A program made the position numbers and the translations under genes. Shown here in pieces: positions 21,882-35,100 of a DNA stretch of 45,183 nucleotides. How positions within the stretch are numbered: position 1 is the first letter of the stretch; each line of letters starts with the position of its first letter. This DNA is from Nemertoderma westbladi (Eukaryota > Animalia > Xenacoelomorpha): positions 1-45,183 of the forward strand of contig JAUCBJ010008388.1 in NCBI GenBank assembly GCA_032718475.1. The letters are read 5' to 3'. The notes under the pieces were generated by a model that saw nothing but the letters and a program-made list of their open reading frames with translations, had not been told where the DNA came from and made no database searches.

Positions 21882-24059
21882 GAGGTAGAATTATATGTCA
21901 GATGCCGTCCGATCCGATGCAATTCAGCAATTATTCTAGCTACAACTGTCAGACTGCAGACTGTACAAGCCTAGCTGCTTAGGCCTACTTCTGTTTTGCC
22001 TATCACAGTTTCTCTAACGCAATATCCCTTTAATTGAATATCAGAATATTCCACCTATCTTTGCGGTGTTTTATTTAATTAATATAGGGCATAATAAATT
22101 AGTAGAGGAGCTAGATCTGAAAACTGATTATACCGCGGTTATACGGCGCCTACACTTTTCTTTACTGCAATGAAAGCCGGTGTATAGCTATATAGTACCC
22201 GGCTGCGTAGGGTTCCAGGACGAAGGTCAGAAAAAAAGCACTACTGTATGGCCATTTTTCGACCGTCGACACAAAGCCGCTACGAAGTTATTATGGGACA
22301 GGATGGTGATGCTCGGTAGACAGTGGCGGTTCTAGGGGGGGGGGGGGGGCAAGGGGGCATCTGCCCCTCCGCAGGTATCTTGGGGGGGGGGGGGCTTGCC
22401 CCCTCCCTAGCGAAAGGTAATGTGGTAAATCCGTACCAGTGGGTACCGACTTGCTCGAAAACAGACCTCTCTGGGAAAAGACTTCTATTTTTTTTTCAAA
22501 ATTTAGTTACTACCCGGAGATATCCATTATAAAACACTCTGATATTTTTGTAAAATTCTGGAACTTTGGGAATTCGGGAAAAAATCGGGAAATTTTCTTC
22601 AAAGTTTTCTTCTTCGAACTGTAGCTTGTTTCCGAAACGTGCAGTGGCGTGCAGAAGGGGGGGGGGGGGGGGGGGCACCTTCCAAGGGGCGCCAAAATTT
22701 GAGCAGTAGTGGCATCATAGCCAGCTGATAGTATAATGGTGGTTCCAAGTTTAGCTTATTGATGCTAGACATTTAGCCCATCCAACATACAAACATAGTA
22801 GTTTGGTTCTGTATTGGTTGCATAGCCTTTCAGCACTGCCCACATTGCACATGTGAAGGTGTCACAGGTGAGAAGGTAGATGTCTCCTGCGATTGGTCCA
22901 TGGTATGGTCACTGGAAATATCTCCATTGGTAAGTTCAGTGGCTTTGTGGTTTAAGGCATGTGCAAGTAAATTTAAGCAGTAAATTTCTTAATATAATAT
23001 AATTTTGCAATTAAAATAGTCTTAAAATAGTCATTTAATTACTTCAATATTTTCCACTACCACACATGTTATGAAAGTTTGTGCGGCTAAAATACTAAAG
23101 TATATTTATTGCCTCTTAAATAATTAAATATAAGATAATTATTTTATTGCGCAGAACACCATCTCCATACCGAAACCTAACTAACCAAAACAATAAACGA
23201 TATCATTACAAATTAATGGAAAGGAGTGCCACACACGTCGCGTCTCTCCTCCACATCTTTGGAACGATACGGGTTACCACCAGCTGACGGCTGCGACCCT
23301 TCCATTAACTAAATAATTAGATAATTAGACATAGACGGGTTTAGACAAAGTTGTTGTTAGGAATGTTTTTGTTGAACGATTTAAAGCTGGCGTTTATAAA
23401 CGTTTACAAGTCCGAAAAATTGACCTCAGCAAATTAAATATTTTGCCCCCCCCCCCCCCCCCCCCAGCAAAATCCTAGAACCGCCCCTGTCGGTAGAGGA
23501 CGCTCTAGGACATGAGACACGTAGTAAAGTTAATTGTTAAAGATGTCCCAACATTATTTTAGCTTTGTATTGTATTTATTTGTACCGTAGAGTTTCATGG
23601 ACCAGCTGTAGTATCGGGATACAGAATGCCCCGGCTGCCCGCTTCCCGTTTCCGCCGCCATCAGCGCAGTCTCCACCGCCCAGGATCAGAGCTGCAGAGG
23701 GGCAGCCTCACCCTGCAAGTTGGTCGGTAGACTCCATTCCAGGACATCCAACGCACGTCAGATTTCCTTCTGAACACCACAGTCTGACAGTCAGCTACAG
23801 AGCTACGAACGATCCCATACTGTGTACTGCAGTACTGCCATACCTGCATACTGCCATATACAGATATACAATAATGCAATAGGCCAATAGTCATACTGCC
23901 AGACTGCGTTCAGTGTTAGGAAAAACAGAAGTAGGCCTAAGCAGCTATAGGCTTGTACAGTCTGCAGTCTGACAGTTGTAGCTACAATAATTGCCGAAAT
24001 GCATCGGATCGGATCGGATCGGATCGGATCGGACGGCATCTGACTATAAATGCACCCTA
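21882..24059. mobile_element. Non-autonomous Mutator-like (MULE) element
   Basis: ~130-bp imperfect TIRs (GTCAGATGCCGTCCGATCCGATGCA...TAGGCCTACTTCTGTTTT). 9-bp target duplication GGTCGCGGC at 21873-21881 and 24060-24068. Confidence 0.82.
22321..23489. mobile_element. Non-autonomous hAT (Tip100-like) element nested in the MULE
   Basis: TIRs CAGTGGCGGTTCTAGG / CCTAGAACCGCCCCTG, 8-bp TSD TCGGTAGA (22313-22320, 23490-23497) and G/C-run subterminal repeats. A further orphan CAGTGGCGTGC end lies at ~22642. Confidence 0.88.
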
Positions 24060-24330
24060 GGTCGCGGCAATGATCAACTCGTGTCAATATGGTGGAATCA
24101 ATATTGTAGTCAACGCGTTCAAAATTCTTAGTTCCAATATTTAACGCTGTACATTTTTCGATAGCGATTGTCAGATTGTCATTTGCCATGTATAACACCA
24201 TTTTACAAAGTTTGTAAGAGATTCTGATAGAGCAATATGATTGTTATTGGGGCCATATAATTTATTATCATCCGCAAATAGTTTAATCTCCGCCGGTAGA
24301 ACACAATCAGATAATTATCAGGGCAATCGT

Positions 24331-27300
24331 CTATAAAGCCTTGACCTGTATTGGTCCTCCAACTGTTCCTTGTGGGATACTGCTCCAAGTGACGTCTTTA
24401 TAGTTGGCATAGCCCTTATCTAGATAATCAGTTATCTTTGCTTGAAATAATTTATGATATTCGGGATTCTTCAGTAGTCGCTTCTCCAGTTGCCTTAACC
24501 TCTTTACTGCTAGGGCCTTGTTATTTACCAATGGGAGTTGGTCATTCACCCACAACATCCCTACTTCATATCGATTTTCATTCTCAAGTTTCCTCGTGGT
24601 TTGTTCTAGTATTTGTATTGCTTTTCTATCATTTAATGATATACCTTCTTTTCTAGAAGTTGTTCCATGAGTTTCTAATTGGAAGTATCTTTCCCACATG
24701 ATTCTTACCCAATCATCATTATTTTTCACCTTGTCGATGAGATCCATAGGATCTATAAAGTATGTGGATATTCCTGGACTATTCGGGTCATTAAATCCCT
24801 CTCTATTGCTGCAATCAGGTCCCTCTAATGTCCACCCAAATATGGTTCTAATAGCATGTGGATATGCTTTTAATCCTCCTGGGTATTCACTGTCCAGCTG
24901 TTGCAAACACTGTGGGTTATCCTGCCCGATCAGCATAGTTACTTTTGGAATCTCTACAGCCTGATTTCCAAAAGGTATGTGTCGCAATGCTTCTGACCTC
25001 TGCCATGCTTCTCTCTGTTCCTTATTATATGTAATGTTCATGTCTTTGATAAGAAATACTTCCGAAATACTTGATGAAAAACTACTGTCCTTTTCCGTTG
25101 ATGAAATCGTCACTGTTGCACACTCAACATAATCGGCAGTCTTTTCTGATTTATTCAGTGTTCTCATGGTCAATGGTCTCAAACTACCTTTTATTCCCAG
25201 AAGTTTGCCTGTCTCTCTATCCATAAATGTCCCTCCTGAGCAAGGATCCAACACTGCTAAGGTTGTAGTCCAACCCCTTCCCATTGGTAGTTTCACACTG
25301 ATGGGAACAATCTGGAACATGACTCTCTCTCTCAGATACTTTTCGATTATTGTGGCATACACCGGACACAGATTGCTTATCATGGCATCACGTTCGTCCT
25401 CTTGCTCCGATAAAATGTCATCTTCAGCATTGACTGTCTCTGCCCCTATGAAGTTAACTTCGGCGGCCTTTTCTGTTATGACTTCATCTTTATTTAACTT
25501 GGCTCCATTGGCTCCATGCAAGAATGTGTGGTGCATGGTACTACCGCAAACTAAGCAGCCCCATTTCCCTGTACAAGACTCCACACAGTGACCCCTGGAC
25601 AAACAGCGATAACATCGTCCATCTCTTTCTACATGCTCCTTCCTTTCATGTGGTTCCATCTCTTTATACTTTGGGCACTTAAGTAAAGAGTGATCGGTTG
25701 ACCTGCACAATATGCAAGTATAACGTATCCTCTTTACCTGGTTTAGTGCCTTTGGTATCTTATTGGGATATTTAATCGACTGTCCATCCTTCAGTTGCGT
25801 AATCTGGGTACTATATGAAGATACTTTACCTGACTTAACTAAAAACTGTGGGTCGTTATCTTTATTCCGCTTATAACTATCACTATGATGTCTCTCTCTA
25901 TATTCTTTTGCAGCTGTGCTGTTAATTATTCGAGCTTCCTTCTTTAGCCATGATGCCAGCTCTTCTAATTTCGGATAGGAACCGCTTTCCTCCATTGCAT
26001 CGACTTTCCTCAGCCATTTGTCATATATTTTGTAAGGTAATTTACTAGCAATCTCAGTAATATTGCGTTGGCTGTTCAATTCGTGTGGTCTCTGTAATGC
26101 AGCAAGGGTCTTTGCCGTTCTGTTCACTTTATCAGAATATGCCTGAATTTCTACTGGTGTTTCCACACTTTTTCCCGCCAACAAATTTCTTATGGAATCG
26201 TTAATAATTCTGACTGGGTTTCCAAAACGTTCCTCTAGCTCTTGCCATGCTTCCATATATCCTTCTTCACCTTGCCCTTCTAAATGCTTTATCAGTTCCA
26301 ATGGTGAGCCATCCAAAAATTGTAGTAAATGTACTAACTTTTCCTGTGGTGCCAAAATCGTATTATGGACCTGCTGAAAGAACCTTTGTTTAAAGTTTAA
26401 CCATTCTAATGGCTCGCCCCGATACTTTATCGGTATTGGTCTGGGCAAATTCTGTCTTTGTTCATGGCGAATCCAGTAATGAATGTCTGAAGGGTTGCCT
26501 ACAGGTAGTGCAGGGTCCGCGTTTGTCTCATAGCTTTGAAACGGTGATAAGTTATTATTCGTTACCTTATTATTGCCATGATTTCCAGGGGCAAATTTTA
26601 TACTACTGTATGTGTCTTCTGCTTCAATGTATGCACTCAACTTACGCATGCACCCTCGGCATAAAGTGGCTGCATCACACGCCCTCTTGGATTCCCCCAT
26701 TATATCATGACATGTGTCATATTTACCGTCAAATATATTTTTCACGAAATTAATTATTTCCTGTTGCAACTCAATCAATTTATTTAGTTGTAAATGTGCT
26801 AGATCACGCCCAGCTGTCCTATCTATAATTTCAATTGCCCGTTTGCAATTTGATTCCACCTGTAATATGGTTTGGCTCATTTTTTCTATCTCCTCTACGA
26901 CATGTACTAGATATACATTATTCCTAATATGTTGTGCACTATTGTGTTGGTCGCTATTTCCTGGCCTCATGCTCCGTGCAGGAGGGGTGTGGGTGCCCCC
27001 TGGAGGCATCAGTCCCTCAGTTGACCAGGTAGCCGATACCGGTACCTGATGGCCAGGTTGCATTTGATCATACCCAGTGTAGCTTCCTCTATCCTGTTCT
27101 GATTGCCGTTTAGGCCTAAACCTTACCTGTTGTGTTTGCTCATCCTGTCTGCTAAACTCCCTTCCGGTGACTGGTAACTCCCCGTTTCCAGTTGCTGTTC
27201 GTACACCAGCCCTAAAACGTGTTCGCTGTGGATCCGCCGAGCTGATTAAACCAGCTACCGGTAGGCCTAGCTCATAGTCCCCGTGATGGAGGTTGTCTGG

Positions 27301-27666
27301 ATTTCCCGCCAAGACTGGTCCGGGTTTCTGCCCATGTTGGCGTTCTGAAACTGGGAACGGTTGTTGAATATTGCGTCGTCCAGGCAGGTTCCCACCTTGG
27401 GGGACGTCATCTGTTGGACTCGATCTCGCCGCCGGCGCTCCTAGGCCTAGAGATGTCATCAACGAATGTAACTGATGTTCGTCGTCGATTAATGTTCGGG
27501 GGTTGTGGTTATACGGAACTTGTGGCACCTGAGTGACAGTTGATGATCTTTCAGGTGCGATGTGCGAATACGCTGGATTCCATAAACTACCGGCAGGCAT
27601 TGCTGAAACTGCAGGCCAAGTGGATTCGTTATACCCGGAACAGGAACCGGCTTTGGATTCATCCAT
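24331..27666 (-). pseudogene. BEL/Pao Gag-protease ORF (copy A), truncated before RT and fused to 24 aa of LINE RT
   Basis: Nearly identical to the N-terminal ~1090 aa of 32165-36868, with CCHC knuckles and protease LDPCS. It diverges after DKGYA (junction ~24404) into NYKDVTWSSIPQGTVGGP. Confidence 0.88.
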
Positions 27667-29220
27667 TACGAATTACTTATTCGATGTTATATGATTGACT
27701 TTTAGTTTATTTTATTTATTTTTATTATTATGTTACGTTTATTTGTGTAATCTATATTTACCCGAGCGATATATCTAAGGTAATATACTTTGTTTGGTTG
27801 CTCTCAATGTTTTACTAATTCACAGGTGCTGTGGTTCTTAAACAAACCCCAGTGCCTGTAAACAAGTTATTGACTGTGTTCTTCTTTACTAATAATTATG
27901 CGCTTGTCGCTATGTTACTACCTAGGTAATCGTTCTCATACGCTGGTGTAAACAGTATAAACTCAGTTTATGAAACTCCGTGTTTTAGTACAGTAGGGTT
28001 GTGTTGCGATCCTATTTGGAGATCGCTAGTGATGATGTCCGTTGCAATCACATGCGCCGGGATGATAACAATCCCCAGTTCATGTAATGGCTATTAAATC
28101 AAGTTATACAGTCAACATAAATTAATAATATAATCAATCAGCTTTCAATCACATGCGCTGGGATAACAAATCGTCAGTTCATGTAATCTTTTAAAATAAA
28201 GTTATAAAGAAAACATAAATTAATACTATACCGGTAATAGTAATAATCAGCTATTCAATCACATACGCTGGGATATAACAATAACCAGTTCATGTAATCT
28301 TAGCCTAATATAAATTTTAAAGAAAACAGAACTGAATAATATAATCAACCTTTTATTTAATCACAAGCGCTGGTATAATAACAATAACCAGTTCATGTAA
28401 TCTTAGCCTAATATAAATTTTAAAGAAAACAGAACTGAATAATATAATCAACCTTTTATTTAATCACAAGCGCTGGTATAATAACAATAACCAGTTCATG
28501 TAATTAAACAAATTATGAACGAAACATAAATAATATACCGGTAAAAATAATAATAAGTTACGTATGATTAATAAAGCTTTATAATTCAATCAAGAAGAAT
28601 AAATAAATTAATAAAATAGAAAATTCAATTTATTAATCGAAAAAGTTTAAAATGGCCACAAATTCATTTACTTAATGTTGGCCCGGTTTACAACATTGTG
28701 ATTCGCGCTGGCCGGGAGCAATCAAATGACGCGCTACTGGCTACGAACTGGATTGAGAGGTCCATTAAAGGGAAAAGCATCAGGGGCCCGAACGGGCTAA
28801 TATACGGAAAACACTAACCGTGATCAATTGAAGGGCTATTCCACTTATAATGTATCTCAAAGTCAAGCAATATAAACACCCAAATAATAATGAATGTATA
28901 CTATAGATAAACCTATTAGGTTCCCAACAAATCTAGGTAGCCGCTAGCAGCGGTAAATGAATTTGCTGAGCCCAAAGCTACGAATGAATAATGAACTTGG
29001 AACTCAGGCTTTTATAGTCTTTAGATCTGGGCCCCAAAATATATCATAACAATACAAACCAATAGCAGAGCATCATTGAATGTAAATGAACTGTCATTGG
29101 TCCAAGTATTTGTGGGTCCAGCCAATGGAGCTTCATAGCCTCTTATAGCAAAGGCACATATTCTGGGTCGAGCCATGTAAATAGGTAAGCTTCACCCAAT
29201 AGGGTAAATTAACGCCTACA
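24404..29220 (-). mobile_element. BEL/Pao LTR retrotransposon copy A (3'-truncated) with leader and LTR
   Basis: 27667-29220 matches 36869-40149 minus the MITE. The LTR starts TGTAGGCG on the - strand at 29220. The inner LTR boundary and PBS could not be fixed. Confidence 0.88.
29009..29016 (-). promoter_or_regulatory. TATA box in the LTR (also present in the other two LTR copies)
   Basis: TATAAAAG on the - strand, with CCAAT/ATTGG boxes upstream (~29059, 29096, 29122) and a TCATT initiator-like sequence shortly downstream. Confidence 0.55.
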
Positions 29221-31241
29221 TTAACCGCCCATCAGAAGTCACTGACTTCTAACTAACAACAATAAACAGCGTTAAGTTATCCCTAGACAAATTAAACCTC
29301 AACAATTATTCACTAATTATCTATCTAAATTATGTATCAACAACAATCAAATTAATGTAGAATCATTTATATTTATATACTTACAATATGTATGCCTAAT
29401 GCACAATAAAATTGAAAATTACAGAACATTCATAACATCATTATAGTTTACCGATGTAACTGATAGTTCATAGCACATAATTTGAACATAAATCACTATA
29501 TACAGTATATCTTCTACTTCTATACTTAAACGCTAACGAATAATTAGTGCGATATTACTATAATATAACTTGGAATAATATATATAATGTACAATATATG
29601 TACGTACAGTACATATCAATGAGACATGGCTCAAGCATCGTTCGCCACCAGGGCATAAATATTCGGTCGTTCTTAATGAACAGAGGGCTAAAGATGTTGC
29701 TGAAGCATCGTTTGCCATAAAGGCAGATATTTCGTTTGTTCTATATGAACAGAGGGCTAAAGCTTATATTACTAAAAGCTAAAGCATCGGTTGCTCGAAG
29801 AGCAAAATATTCGTTTGTTCTTTGCGAACGGAGGGCTAAATTAAAAAAAACGCAGAATAATTTAGCATCGTTTGTACAAATAAGGCACAAATAATAATCG
29901 TTTGTTCTACGTAAGAACAGAGGGCTAAAAGCATCATGTTTATCAATTTAGATTACCTTAAACAAAGGTACCGGTATATAGATCAATTGGGTTAATTAAA
30001 TTCAAATACACATTTTCATTTTACTTTACATTTTACCCATGTCAAAAGTAGTAACCAGTAAAGTTATATAAATTTACTAAATATTACAGTATGTTTCCTT
30101 AGTCCAAATCATTTTCTCTACTGTAGCTTTTATTACGTCAGTTAATTCTCGCCGCCCACCTTGAATAAATCGGAGAAAAAAAACTTTCCATCTGTTGCCG
30201 CCCACCTTGAACCAATCCATTTAGGTTGCTTTCCAATTATTCCGCCTAACATATCTGTATGCTGTTGTATTTCAAATACGCGTTTAGCAATGAAAGTCTT
30301 AAAACGTTTCACTGGATTGTTAAGATATTGTAGTACTGTTATCGAGTCTGTATGAAAGTGGACATCATCTATTGGTAGGTCCAGTTCTTCTACTAGCTGC
30401 GTACTCATTCGCACGCCTAAAAGAGCTGCTATGAGTTCTACTCTTGGAATTGTTACGGGAACTATGGGCGCAGCGCGGCTCTTGGCTGTGACCAGAGCTA
30501 CCTCTACCTTACCACCATCCATTGAAACTTTTCTAAGAAATATCACTGCACCATAACCTATACTTGAAGCATCGGAATATACATGTAGTTCTAGAATATC
30601 AGCTTCCTCTCTCGCTATGAAGTAGCACCGTGGGATTTTAAACTCTGATAATTCTGCCAACTCCTTTACCCATTTTGTCCATTGTTTTTGGATGTTATCA
30701 GGCAACAACTCATCCCAACTTACACCTTCCTCCCACATCTTTCTGACGATAATTTTCCCCGATAAGGTTATTGGTGATACAAGTCCTATCGGGTCAAACA
30801 GCGAATTCAATATTGAGATACATTCCCGTTTTGACGAAGCCTCCTTCTTAGGCTCGATCTTAAACTGCAAATAATCCTCTTCTGCATTCCAATATACTCC
30901 TAATGCTCTTGTGACAGGCAGATCATCTAAGTCTAGGTTAAGATTTGTGTCGTTTCGCTTGCCGCTAGCAGCGGTAAATGAATTTGCTGAGCCCAAAGCT
31001 ACGAATGAATAATTAACTTGGAACTCAGGCTTTTATAGTCTTTAGATCTGGGCCCCAAAATATATCATAACAATACAAACCAATAGCAGAGCATCATTGA
31101 ATGTAAATGAACTGTCATTGGTCCAAGTATTTGTGGGTCCAGCCAATGGAGCTTCATAGCCTCTTATAGCAAAGGCACATATTCTGGGTCGAGCCATGTA
31201 AATAGGTAAGCTTCACCCATTAGGGTAAATTAACGCCTACA
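29221..31241 (-). mobile_element. BEL/Pao copy B, internally deleted (partial LTR + RNase H region + 3' UTR)
   Basis: 30961-31241 is the outer 280 bp of the LTR, joined through a GC microhomology to pol sequence matching 32165-32982. 29221-30141 matches 31242-32164. Confidence 0.9.
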
Positions 31242-32164
31242 TTAACCGCCCATCAGAAGTCACTGACTTCTAACTATCAACAATAAACAGCGTTAAGTTA
31301 TCCCTAGACAAATTAAACCTCAACAATTATTCACTAATTATCTATCTAAATAATGTATCAACAACAATCAAATTAATGTAGAATCATTTATATTTATATA
31401 CTTACAATATGTATGCCTAATGCACAATAAAATTGAAAATTACAGAACATTCATAACATCATTATAGTTTACCGATGTAACTGATAGTTCATAGCACATA
31501 ATTTGAACATAAATCACTATATACAGTATATCTTAAACTCAAACTTAAACTTAAACGCTAACGAATAATTAGTGCGATATTACTATAATATAACTTGGAA
31601 TAATATATATAATGTACAATATATGTACGTACAGTACATATCAATGAGACATGGCTCAAGCATCGTTCGCCACCAGGGCATAAATATTCGGTCGTTCTTA
31701 ATGAACAGAGGGCTAAAGATGTTGCTGAAGCATCGTTTGCCATAAAGGCAGATATTTCGTTTGTTCTATATGAACAGAGGGCTAAAGCTTATATTACTAA
31801 AAGCTAAAGCATCGGTTGCTCGAAGAGCAAAATATTCGTTTGTTCTTTGCGAACGGAGGGCTAAATTAAAAAACGCAGAATAATTTAGCATCGTTTGTAC
31901 AAATAAGGCACAAATAATAATCGTTTGTTCTACGTAAGAACATAGGGCTAAAAGCATCATGTTTATCAATTTAGATTACCTTAAACAAAGGTACCGGTAT
32001 ATAAATCAATTGGGTTAATTAAATTCAAATACACATTTTCATTTTACTTTACATTTTACCTATGTCAGAAGTAGTAACCAGTAAAGTTATATAAATTTAC
32101 TAAATATTACAGTATGTTTCCTTAGTCCAAATCCTTTTCTCTACTGTACCTTTTATTACGTCAG

Positions 32165-35100
32165 TTAATTCTCGCCGCCCACCTTGAATAAATCGGAGAA
32201 AAAAAACTTTCCATCTGTTGCCGCCCACCTTGAACCAATCCATTTAGGTTGCTTTCCAATTATTCCGCCTAACATATCTGTATGCTGTTGTATTTCAAAT
32301 ACGCGTTTAGCAATGAAAGTCTTAAAACGTTTCACTGGATTGTTAAGATATTGTAGTACTGTTATCGAGTCTGTATGAAAGTGGACATCATCTATTGGTA
32401 GGTCCAGTTCTTCTACTAGCTGCGTACTCATTCGCACGCCTAAAAGAGCTGCTATGAGTTCTAGTCTTGGAATTGTTACGGGAACTATGGGCGCAGCACG
32501 GCTCTTGGCTGTGACCAGAGCTACCTCTACCTTACCATCCATTGAAACTTTTCTAAGAAATATCACTGCACCATAACCTATACTTGAAGCATCGGAATAT
32601 ACATGTAGTTCTAGCATATCAGCTTCCTCTCTCACTATGAAGTAGCACCGTGGGATTTTAAACTCTGATAATTCTGCCAACTCCTTTACCCATTTTGTCC
32701 ATTGTTTTTGGATGTTATCAGGCAACAACTCATCCCAACTTACACCTTCCTCCCACATCTTTCTGACGATAATTTTCCCCGATAAGTTTATTGGTGATAC
32801 AAGTCCTATCGGGTTAAACAGCGAATTCAATATTGAGATACATTCCCGTTTTGAAGAAGCCTCCTTCTTAGGCTCGATCTTAAACTGCAAATATTCCTCT
32901 TCTGCATTCCAATATACTCCTAATGCTCTTGTGACAGGCAGATCATCTAAGTCTAGGTTAAGATTTGTGTTGTTTCGCTTGCTTGCTGGTAATGCTTTTA
33001 GGAATTCTTTGCTATTGCTAACAAATTTTGTCACCATAAAGCCTCCTAATGCTAAACATCGTATTAAATCTGTAGCAAGTTTGGTTGCAGTTTGAACATC
33101 TTTGCACGAATTCATGCCATCATCTACGTAAAACCCTTTCTCTACCATCTTTAGTGCCTCAATGGGGAACTTTTCCGCATTATCTCTGGCTGTCCGTCTT
33201 ACAGTATGGGTGGCTACGCATGGTGAGCATGTAGCTCCAAATATGTGGACCAACATTACCATCACATCATATGAATCCTCTCCTGGATCAATTTTACCCT
33301 CATACCACAGAAATCGAAGTGAATCCGAATCTCTTTTTGTAGTTCTTATTTGGTGGAACATTTCCTTGATATCACAAGCAAAGGCCACCTTGTCCTTTCT
33401 GACGTTATGTATTACCCCTGTCAACATATTATATGTGTTCGGGCCATCCAATAATTGTTCATTTAATGATGTGCCTTTGAAGCATGCCGCTGCATTATTC
33501 ACCACCCGTATCTTACCTGGTTTACGGGGTTCTTCCACATAATGTGTTGGTATATAATTTGTGCGGTCACCATGAATCTGTTCTTCTTTCGTCAATTTTT
33601 TGGCATAGCCCTTATCTAGATAATCAGTTATCTTTGCTTGAAATAATTTATGATATTCAGGATTCTTCAGTAGTCGCTTCTTCAGTTGTCTTAACCTCTT
33701 TACTGCTAGGGCCTTGTTATTTACCAATGGGAGTTGGTCATTCACCCACAACATCCCTACTTCATATCGATTTTCATTCTCAAGTTTCCTCGTGGTTTGT
33801 TCTAGTATTTGTATTGCTTTTCTATCATTTAATGATATACCTTCTTTTCTAGAAGTTGTTCCATGAGTTTCTAATTGGAAGTATCTTTCCCACATGATTC
33901 TTACCCAATCATCATTATTTTTCACCTTGTCGATGAGATCCATAGGATCTATAAAGTATGTGGATATTCCTGGACTATTCGGGTCATTAAATCCCTCTCT
34001 ATTGCTGCAATCAGGTCCCTCTAATGTCCACCCAAATATGGTTCTAATAGCATGTGGATATGCTTTTAATCCTCCTGGGTATTCACTGTCCAGCTGTTGC
34101 AAACACTGTGGGTTATCCTGCCCGATCAGCATAGTTACTTTTGGAATCTCTACAGCCTGATTTCCAAAAGGTATGTGTCGCAATGCTTCTGACCTCTGCC
34201 ATGCTTCTCTCTGTTCCTTATTATATGTAATGTTCATGTCTTTGATAAGAAATACTTCAGAAATATTTGATGAAAAACTACTGTTCTTTTCCGTTGATGA
34301 AATCGTCACTGTTGCACACTCAACATAATCGGCAGTCTTTTCTGATTTATTCAGTGTTCTCATGGTCAATGGTCTCAAACTACCTTTTATTCCCAGAAGT
34401 TTCCCTGTCTCTCTATCCATAAATGTCCCTCCTGAGCAAGGATCCAACACTGCTAAGGTTGTAGTCCAACCCCTTCCCATTGGTAGATTCACACTGATGG
34501 GAACAATCTGGAACATGACTCTCTCTCTCAAATGCTTTTCGATTATTGTGGCATACGCCGGACACAGATTGCTTATCATGGCATCACGTTCGTCCTCTTG
34601 CTCCGATAAAATGTCATCTTCAGCATTGACTGCCTCTGCCCCTACGAAGTTAACTTCGGCGGCCTTTTCTGTTATGACTTCATCTTTATTTAACTTGGCT
34701 CCATTGGCTCCATGCAAGAATGTGTGGTGCATGGTACTACCGCAAACTAAGCAGCCCCATTTCCCTGTGCAAGACTCCACACAGTGACCCCTGGACAAAC
34801 AGCGATAACATCGTCCATCTCTTTCTACATGCTCCTTCCTTTCATGTGGTTCCATCTCTTTATACTTTGGGCACTTAAGTAAAGAGTGATCGGTTGACCT
34901 GCACAATATGCAAGTATAACGTATCCTCTTTACCTGGTTTAGTGCCTTTGGTATCTTATTGGGATATTTAATCGACTGTCCATCCTTCAGTTGCGTAATC
35001 TGGGTACTATATGAAGATACTTTACCTGACTTAACTAAAAACTGTCGGTCGTTATCTTTATTCCGCTTATAACTGTCACTATGATGTCTCTCTCTATATT

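Larger units (their letters stand above)
20345..24403 (-). mobile_element. 5'-truncated CR1/L2-group LINE, split by SINE, Mutator-like and hAT-like insertions
   Basis: On the - strand: IPQGTVGGP (~24370), KLFADD (~24265), KC..L.IG, RDLG (duplicated at 24060 and 21872), LSFQNHIN, EYATTVWNP, LEKVQRLFTR, LELRRLRLD, TRGHKYKL, FF.RVINPWNGLP. AT-rich 3' UTR ending near an AATAAA at ~20350. Confidence 0.85.

Noticed and set aside
28045-28505. SECIS elements
   Set aside because: ATGA is present on the 5' side, but the opposing GA of the quartet is absent, and the location is a 5' leader.
27667-28940. Canonical tRNA primer-binding site and inner LTR boundary
   Set aside because: Several TGG candidates on the - strand, but none matches a tRNA 3' end I recognise, and no free 3' LTR is available to fix the boundary.
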